Assembly: GCA_009692465.1 (NCBI GenBank)
Contig: SHZD01000005.1
Location: forward strand, 689-64,688
Length of the DNA stretch: 64,000 nucleotides
Direction: 5' to 3'
Origin: Myxococcales bacterium
GTDB lineage: Bacteria > Myxococcota_A > UBA9042
How positions within the stretch are numbered: position 1 is the first letter of the stretch; every line of letters starts with the position of its first letter. Positions 58,601 to 64,000 of the stretch are shown piece after piece. Under the pieces are notes generated by a model. It made no database searches and had not been told where the DNA came from. It saw nothing but the letters and a program-made list of their open reading frames with translations. Position numbers and translations under genes: made by a program.

Positions 58601-60274
58601 GGAAACAATTTCGCCGCTGATCGGGTCTGCCGCCGAGGGTCCGTAGCCATACAGACCAGCCTGAATCGGATTGGGCACGGCGTGCATCACGCTCCAGCGC
58701 AGGTCACCAAAGCGGTGGGGACGGTCCATTTCCTTGCAATACTTGGCGGCTGGCGATTTGCTGCCCGACCACTCGGCGACATCAAGTCCTTTCGAGATCG
58801 CATCTTTGGCGGCGGCATTGGAGTTTTCGCACAACACAAACATCGGGTGGCCCGGCTTGGCGCCCTTGGTGGCAAGCACAACGGCTTCCAAGGGTTCCGA
58901 CCACTTGCGCGCAATTTCCTTCGACTCGGGGACCAACTCGCGGGGATGGTTTTCGTTCATGTAGTACACAATCGGCACGGGCGTCATCTTGGTGTAGTCG
59001 AAGTCGCCGCGCCAAACCGTGGTGGTCGATTCCGGTACGCACTTGAGTTTGCCCTCAGCGCTGCCATCGTCTGCCGGATTCACCTGACACTTCACGTACT
59101 TGTCCCACACACGGTGGCGCTCCATTCGCCGCAATGCGCCGGGGTGGGTGCTGCCAAACTGCAAGTCGTAGGTCGGACGTTCAGTGCGAAAGTAGCCAAA
59201 CTTCTCAAATTCGACGTCGTTGGAATCGCGAGCGACGTACTGGCGCTCAGGTTCTTTTTCAAATTTGGGCACTTGCAGAAAGGAATAGCGAATCTTGAGT
59301 TCTTCGGAAGCGCAATCGTAAACGCCACCGACGTACCACGGGTAAAAGAAGCAAATCGGAATTTCGCCAAACCCTTCAAGCATGGTGGTCGGCGGACTGG
59401 TGACGGCGCGTATGGTGTAGTTGAACCAGCGCTGCGCGACGCTGTCATTGAGCAGGCTGTCGCCTTTCTCGAATTGGTCCTCACTAGGAGCATTGTCGCC
59501 CTCGTAGATGATGGCCGCTCCGCCGGCAGCGACGGAACCGGCCAGCACGTCGTGGTCGAAGCTCATGACCTTTTGGCTACCCCAAGCGACCCGAATAAAT
59601 TCGCGGTCATACCAGTGGCGATCGGACGTATTCTCTTCCTCAACGTTGGTCTGCTCGCCGGTGGCGGCGCTGTAAGCGTGGGTCTTGTCAAAGTGAGAGG
59701 TCACCGGGTAGGCCAAAACCGGGGCCCCGCGGTAGATGTACTTGGTCGCCTTGAGCACGCAAAAGCCGTGGTGGCTGCCCTCGCCGTTCCACTTGTCCTT
59801 TTGGCGCCAACGGTCGGCACAACGGGCACCGGCGTGGCAATCGGCATCCGCTTTGCAGGTCAGCTGCTGGTAGTCCTGCGGTACAGCCTGCTCGACAATC
59901 TTGCCGTTCTTGTCTTTGAGGGCGATGTCGGTGTCGGACTTTTGGGCATAGGCCTCTGAGCCAGCCATGAACTCATAAGTGCGGTAGAAGTACAGGCCTT
60001 TTTCCTGAACATCGAACACGCCGCGGACCATTTTCGACATCTCGCCCGGAAAGCTCGACGCCACGGTAAACTCGGTCTGCACGACCGTGCTGCGCATGTA
60101 CCACTCGATGTTGCCGACCCCGGAACTCTTGCCGGTGTCGCCCAAGAGATGGGTCTTGGCGAGGTAGTTAGGCTGGACTCGGCTGATTTCAGGCCGATCT
60201 TGAGCACAGGCCCCCACAGTGCCGACGAGGGCAAGGGCGAAGCCGAAACTAGAGAGGCGGTAGGACTGCATGGT
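55691..60274 (-). CDS. giant secreted lipoprotein zinc metalloprotease, Met-zincin-like (HEVGHTLGLRHNF ... SVMDY), paralog 1
   Basis: Lipoprotein signal MQSYRLSSFGFALALVGTVGAC at the internal start. HExxHxxGxxH zinc site plus a Met-turn about 65 aa downstream, and Cys-rich modules. The track ORF extends 47 aa further upstream, to 60415. Confidence 0.8.
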   Translation of the reverse strand, partial: TMQSYRLSSFGFALALVGTVGACAQDRPEISRVQPNYLAKTHLLGDTGKSSGVGNIEWYMRSTVVQTEFTVASSFPGEMSKMVRGVFDVQEKGLYFYRTYEFMAGSEAYAQKSDTDIALKDKNGKIVEQAVPQDYQQLTCKADADCHAGARCADRWRQKDKWNGEGSHHGFCVLKATKYIYRGAPVLAYPVTSHFDKTHAYSAATGEQTNVEEENTSDRHWYDREFIRVAWGSQKVMSFDHDVLAGSVAAGGAAIIYEGDNAPSEDQFEKGDSLLNDSVAQRWFNYTIRAVTSPPTTMLEGFGEIPICFFYPWYVGGVYDCASEELKIRYSFLQVPKFEKEPERQYVARDSNDVEFEKFGYFRTERPTYDLQFGSTHPGALRRMERHRVWDKYVKCQVNPADDGSAEGKLKCVPESTTTVWRGDFDYTKMTPVPIVYYMNENHPRELVPESKEIARKWSEPLEAVVLATKGAKPGHPMFVLCENSNAAAKDAISKGLDVAEWSGSKSPAAKYCKEMDRPHRFGDLRWSVMHAVPNPIQAGLYGYGPSAADPISGEIVSASAHAYVGVMKLGAESALQTIELLSGVKDVNDVRRAAEKTFHSAKLIAATLDAPTPRKDEPQSLEQVRAAVKGMVDPDVRQTLLTTGLPHDDNGGFWAQSRFNMIKKAPELDAMLAGDDDGHTIAALFRDPRAMFSKDKTPKKLTKDQLSQFSLASWNHKAAIASREKAIHDLGTKTIHFADFADNALLGLAAQYGVQYDQAFCQMYAKEPDTTLSDHFAAAAGGDCAQLGEFQSFGAGKGRVCAQASSGKAQWADCATPVLMQKIRLALNVANANYPGLEQVNQLPGPLYTATADARLRKTQELGRDLTFQLREKFKLALWKRIYLGTQEHEVGHTLGLRHNFEASTDAMNFHKNYWNLKRKPNAKTETPDDFHALMPDTPEQALGGVREMQLASVMDYTAKFNGRDAGVGYYDRAAIKFGYGNLIEVFDGLAPAKLTADPDGAGPLVAASKYLETPEMTTPGLKMVRHDGNTDVNILNRRLHWSALPAYFGGVEQIHKRKDVPWSQLHGDRCSADNQCTGGKKCLPFGDDKFCRDDSVVEVPYRFCSDEYNGYTPSCATGDEGADAYEITRNALDDYENYWWFYGYSRDSETFHPQTYSSRVQGAFWRVTRQFQYWAVDFSMYEKNDWWTKKFGQDYNADINGGLPGAYSTLLGFNTLAQVMARPSCGYYGFNSTKGRFEPYTNVDQAQFTDTRLIDERMGCRPLYPSWDYNGYVTRPESGGQIYDRLAALTMLADPTMYGRIGFNESEDTRRFLVSYYNVFPRQLTNLLAAISVEDATYYGWQIVRGKDSKSDSLKRRNWVGTGVANTAKACSTFAAAATDAEKEGCLKYDVFPDGRPTFPSSRFRMPLQAAYYGMAVLYKGFSRSYLDVSRVFLDGHHAKVDLPASLAPEDIATFTDPLSGKTYIAPRVAKDTLNPGFLAVQLAEAELKKWKQLAQLQDNYLFSEYQFRVSLLDITRTMHEVFDN

Positions 60275-60371
60275 GGGCTCCGAAGCAGGTTGCTGCTGCT
60301 GGGCGTCAAGGATCGTAAGGCGTTGAATACTCGATTTCAGGCTAACGGATTGGGTTAGCGCGGCTAGGATG

Positions 60372-63300
60372 CTAGTTGCCGGAGCCGATGCTGCCGTACA
60401 GCGCGTACAGTTCACGCAGGCGGTCGAGGATTTCGATCTCCTGTTTCATTTGCTGGCTCATCATTTCTTTGTCAGCGCCCTGGGCCTTGGTCCACCAAGT
60501 ATCGCCGCGGCAGGAGGAACTGTCGGTGCAAGTGCCGGTGGCGCAACCGCTGTCGCCAGCGTTGCACGGCTGGCACTGACTGCCGTCGGCGCAACCGGTC
60601 TTGAGCATGTTGAGTTTCTTGCATACCGTAAACGCTGGCGAGTAGCGACTGACGCTGTAGTTGGGCCGCGGCGCCACGTAGGTCTTTTTGCCAAACGGGT
60701 CTTCAAACTCGCAAGTCGCGATGACGACTTCCTTGTTGTCGACCTTGGCTTTGCCCAAGGTAAACTGCTCGCCGTGACCCTTGATCCACACGGCCATGGC
60801 GTCGGTGTAACTGGGGTCAAAGCCGGCGGGAAGATTGGCGATGGACTGCCAAGCGGCGAACAGTCGCAAGCCATGATTGATGACGCTGGGGGCGACCCGG
60901 GTCGCGGTGGTGTCGACAGGTTTGAAGGGATCGACGGTGCGATAGGCCAGCTTCTTGGTCGTCGGATCGGGGGCCGCGGTGCCGGCAAACTGTTGAATGT
61001 CGCCGGCGATCAACCCGCCGAGCACCCGCATGAGTTCATTGGGATAAATAGTGTTGTAGCCGATCGCGGTAGCGCGAAACACCGGCAACTGCTCGCCAAC
61101 GTATTCCGACAGAAATCCGGTGGTCGAGTTGGTCAGCGCCTGCAAAGCCGCGACTTTGTCCCAGTACGCGCCGATCCACAGCGGATGGTCGAACTGGTAG
61201 TAGCCTTTTTGGGTGGCGAAGGTCGTGTACGGAAATTTGCCGGTGCCCAGCGGAATGTCCAGCACCGAGTTTTGACGACCGGTCTCATAGTCAATGTTGG
61301 TATAAGTATTCGATTTCTTATCCAACACATACGAACCTGGCGCCGGCGTGGCCAACATATTGGTCAAAACCCGGAAGCTGTTTTCGCAGGCACGACGCAG
61401 AGGCGCAAAGAAGCGCTCGCTGGTGTCGCGGTAAGCAAAGCCGGGGTAGACCCGATAGATATTGTTGTAGATCGCGTAGTAGCGACCGGCGGAAATGATC
61501 GGCGTCAACCAACGGTCTCGGATGCGCGCCATGTAGCTCAGGTAGCTGCCACCGCGGCCGAACCACAGGCGCTCGCGCTTGAACGCGTCGAATATATAAT
61601 ATTCTTCGAGTGCTTCGGCCGCATGGTGGACGATTTCTTCCATGTTGTGACCGGTATCGAAGTAGTAGCAGCCCATCGAACCGCCGCGGTATTCGTCCGA
61701 GCAGTACTTGTAGGGCACTTCGTGGAAAGTGCGATCCATTTCGGACCGGAAGAAGTTGTCAGCCATCGACCGCTCCGCTTGCACGAAACGATCCGGCACC
61801 GCGATGCGTTTTACGTTGTATTCTGGCGGCATCCAGTCATTAATAAACGAGAATTGCTGCATTTGATACTTGTTGTATTCAGTGGCGCCAAAACCGGAAG
61901 CGTCGGCGATGCTGTAGCCGGTGTTCTTGGCCCACGCGCGCACGCGATCGGTCAAGAACTCGGTGTCTTCATAGACTTCAGTCAGTTCGCCGTAACCGTA
62001 TTTGATGGCGGCGTAATCGTATTTGCCCAGCCCCCACACGTCGGCGTTGATTTTTTGGCCGTAGTCCATGACGGACGAGTACTGGTACTCCGTGCGCCTG
62101 CCCTTGGATTCTGCCGCGGTCAGGCCGGTTCGCGACATGTACTTGCGCGCGTCGCCGACCTTGGGTGTAAACTGGACCGAGGTGCGCGGCAGTTTGTTGC
62201 GGGCATTGATGCAAAAGCTTGCCGTGCACAGCTCGCCAGCTTCGCACTCCTCAGCCTTGGTGCAGGTCACCTTGTCATGGCAAATGTCACCGACGCAGGC
62301 GCCGGCGCCACCACAAATATCGGCCGTGGCGGCTGTACACGGGGTGCGCACTTCGATGTGTTGCTGACAAACACCGACTACTTTGGCGTTGGCGTCGACG
62401 CATTGTTTGGCCTTGTCCGCACAAGCCGTGTTGGTGGGACAATCGTCATCTGATTCGCAGGCGTGCTTGAGGTCGCACGACTCGCCCAAGGTGCCCGCTT
62501 CGCAGAAGCTGTCGGCGGTGACGGTAACGCCATTCCAGATGATAGTGCCGCAAGCGACCAGTTCGCGGGTTCGACCGCCCTTTTGCTCGTCAAAGTAGGG
62601 GTCGAAATAGTTCACCAAGTCGGTTGACGCCGAAAAGTTGTGGCGCAAACCGACGGTGTGGCCAACTTCGTGCTCCATCGTGGCCTTGTACAGGGCCACT
62701 GAAATCGCAGTGCGCAAAGCGTCGCCCTTGTAGCAAATGTTCTTGCCAATGCCGTCGCCCACATAGACCTCGGTCGGCGTTTCGCCGTCGTCGCACTTCA
62801 TGCGCTGGGCCAAGCCCAAGATGGCCGGATCTTGAAACTCGGCCAGCTCAATCGAGTTGATGCCCAAGAACTGCATGCGGCGCTTTTCGTCCATCGCGCC
62901 GCGCGGCGAGGCAAACCCAAGCGGGCTAATACTCTCAATCATTTCTGGATTGACGGCCTGACCGGGCTGGGACTGGCCCTGACTGCCGACCAGCACCATT
63001 TCATCATTGATCATCGCCGCCTCATAGGCGGACCCCTTGATCTTCTCCGCGCGCATCTGCAGAGCATCCAAATCGACCGCGGGCAGGTTGTCCACCAACC
63101 ACTTGTTCAGCGCTTTGGGGCTGGTTTGTTGCGCAATCTCGCGGGGTGTCAACTCTTTAGCCTCACCGCCAGAAGTGGCTGCGGCTGCGGCGGCGCGGTC
63201 GGTCAGGCTAAACGAGGCTCGCTCGGCGGCGAATTCGAGAGACTGCTGCGCTGAGAGTTCCGGCAACTTATCCGAAATGGCGCCAAACAGGGTTTTATTC

Positions 63301-64000
63301 TTGCCTTCCGCAGACTTGCGCAACACATAGTCCTTAATGTACTTGCCCGAGGCGAGGTCTTTGCCGTCCAAGTCACCGTTGATGAGGTCAATGACGTCTT
63401 TGGCGTACTGCGAATAGGTCAACTGTGAGGCGCCGTAGACATTGGCGATAGCAAAGAAGGTCTCGCCGGTGTCCGGATCCTGAGCCGATGGGCCATAGCC
63501 GAGCGGCGAAGCGGCGTGGACTTTGGTAACCCAGTACATGTAGTTGTAGCGGGCATCGCCATGAATTTTCAGTTTGGCTGCTTCGGCAACTTCGCCGCCG
63601 TCCTTGCGGTCAGCGCAAGGGTTGTAGGCTTTTCCGGGTTTGCCATAGGTTTTGCCGTCGGCTACCCAATTGCGGCAGTCGTTCATGGCGTCCTTGCTGC
63701 CGAGTTCCTTGCTGGCCTTGCATTGGGCAAAAGTGCGCGCGAACTTGTTTTCGCACACCACAAAAGCGGCAGGCAAGCTGTCTTTGATGGCCTTGCGGCG
63801 GGCGACGTCGCTAGCGTTGAGCTTTTGCTGCCAACCGTAGCACTGGCTGACGCCTGCGTGGGTGCCACAACTCACATCGGCACGATGGCCGGGCACAACC
63901 AGAGTCACGTGGGCCATATCGCCGGCCTGGAACAGAAACTCAGTCCCTTGGGCGTAGGGCAGACCAGCCGACATCCGCACGCCATTGATGCCGACTTCGT
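60372..64000 (-). CDS. giant zinc metalloprotease, Met-zincin-like, paralog 2 (N-terminus beyond window end)
   Basis: HEVGHTVGLRHNFSAST ... SVMDYG, with a roughly 180-aa Cys-rich insertion between them. Many blocks are colinear with paralog 1 (AAIKYGYG, YKYCSDEY). The frame is open to the window end. Confidence 0.8.
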   Translation of the reverse strand, partial: EVGINGVRMSAGLPYAQGTEFLFQAGDMAHVTLVVPGHRADVSCGTHAGVSQCYGWQQKLNASDVARRKAIKDSLPAAFVVCENKFARTFAQCKASKELGSKDAMNDCRNWVADGKTYGKPGKAYNPCADRKDGGEVAEAAKLKIHGDARYNYMYWVTKVHAASPLGYGPSAQDPDTGETFFAIANVYGASQLTYSQYAKDVIDLINGDLDGKDLASGKYIKDYVLRKSAEGKNKTLFGAISDKLPELSAQQSLEFAAERASFSLTDRAAAAAATSGGEAKELTPREIAQQTSPKALNKWLVDNLPAVDLDALQMRAEKIKGSAYEAAMINDEMVLVGSQGQSQPGQAVNPEMIESISPLGFASPRGAMDEKRRMQFLGINSIELAEFQDPAILGLAQRMKCDDGETPTEVYVGDGIGKNICYKGDALRTAISVALYKATMEHEVGHTVGLRHNFSASTDLVNYFDPYFDEQKGGRTRELVACGTIIWNGVTVTADSFCEAGTLGESCDLKHACESDDDCPTNTACADKAKQCVDANAKVVGVCQQHIEVRTPCTAATADICGGAGACVGDICHDKVTCTKAEECEAGELCTASFCINARNKLPRTSVQFTPKVGDARKYMSRTGLTAAESKGRRTEYQYSSVMDYGQKINADVWGLGKYDYAAIKYGYGELTEVYEDTEFLTDRVRAWAKNTGYSIADASGFGATEYNKYQMQQFSFINDWMPPEYNVKRIAVPDRFVQAERSMADNFFRSEMDRTFHEVPYKYCSDEYRGGSMGCYYFDTGHNMEEIVHHAAEALEEYYIFDAFKRERLWFGRGGSYLSYMARIRDRWLTPIISAGRYYAIYNNIYRVYPGFAYRDTSERFFAPLRRACENSFRVLTNMLATPAPGSYVLDKKSNTYTNIDYETGRQNSVLDIPLGTGKFPYTTFATQKGYYQFDHPLWIGAYWDKVAALQALTNSTTGFLSEYVGEQLPVFRATAIGYNTIYPNELMRVLGGLIAGDIQQFAGTAAPDPTTKKLAYRTVDPFKPVDTTATRVAPSVINHGLRLFAAWQSIANLPAGFDPSYTDAMAVWIKGHGEQFTLGKAKVDNKEVVIATCEFEDPFGKKTYVAPRPNYSVSRYSPAFTVCKKLNMLKTGCADGSQCQPCNAGDSGCATGTCTDSSSCRGDTWWTKAQGADKEMMSQQMKQEIEILDRLRELYALYGSIGSGN

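Noticed and set aside
58475-59959. Plus-strand 494-aa ORF
   Set aside because: Antisense to Met-zincin paralog 1.
60369-62453. Plus-strand 694-aa ORF
   Set aside because: Antisense to Met-zincin paralog 2.

Overview
This is a 64 kb window of high-GC bacterial chromosome, roughly 65% GC by eye. Several gene families point to a Myxococcota-like organism (inference): a giant thrombospondin-type-3 (TSP3) repeat protein with a MYXO-CTERM-like motif, two fused membrane/spermidine-synthase-like proteins, and two giant Met-zincin-like lipoprotein metalloproteases. The right half (33.6-51.2 kb, all on the minus strand) is the conserved core translation/transcription region: tRNA-Thr(TGT), tRNA-Tyr, tRNA-Gly(TCC), tRNA-Thr(GGT), tuf, rpmG, tRNA-Trp, secE, nusG, rplK, rplA, rplJ, rplL, rpoB, rpoC. 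Upstream of it on the same strand are rlmB, pyrF, proS and the two tandem giant zinc metalloproteases, the second running off the window end. The left half is accessory-like. It holds greA, an FAD-linked oxidase, a 2011-aa TSP3 calcium-binding repeat protein, and a translationally coupled operon of two paralogous fused membrane/spermidine-synthase-like genes plus a COG2509-type FAD dehydrogenase. It also holds a CCA-enzyme-like HD-domain protein, a repeat-dense island encoding a small His-rich (HGS)n protein, a CDP-6-deoxyhexose / methyltransferase / polyprenyl-phosphate GT2 cluster, lipB with an unknown 470-aa neighbour, and an envelope cluster (OM beta-barrel, trmL, MlaC-like protein, lipoprotein, two membrane proteins). 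The window is unusually rich in perfect short tandem repeats (5 to 135 bp units), in intergenic spacers and inside coding regions, and in at least two dispersed MITE-like repeat families. No CRISPR array, rRNA or recognisable transposase was seen. Coordinates of tRNAs and internal start sites were counted by hand and may be off by a few bases.
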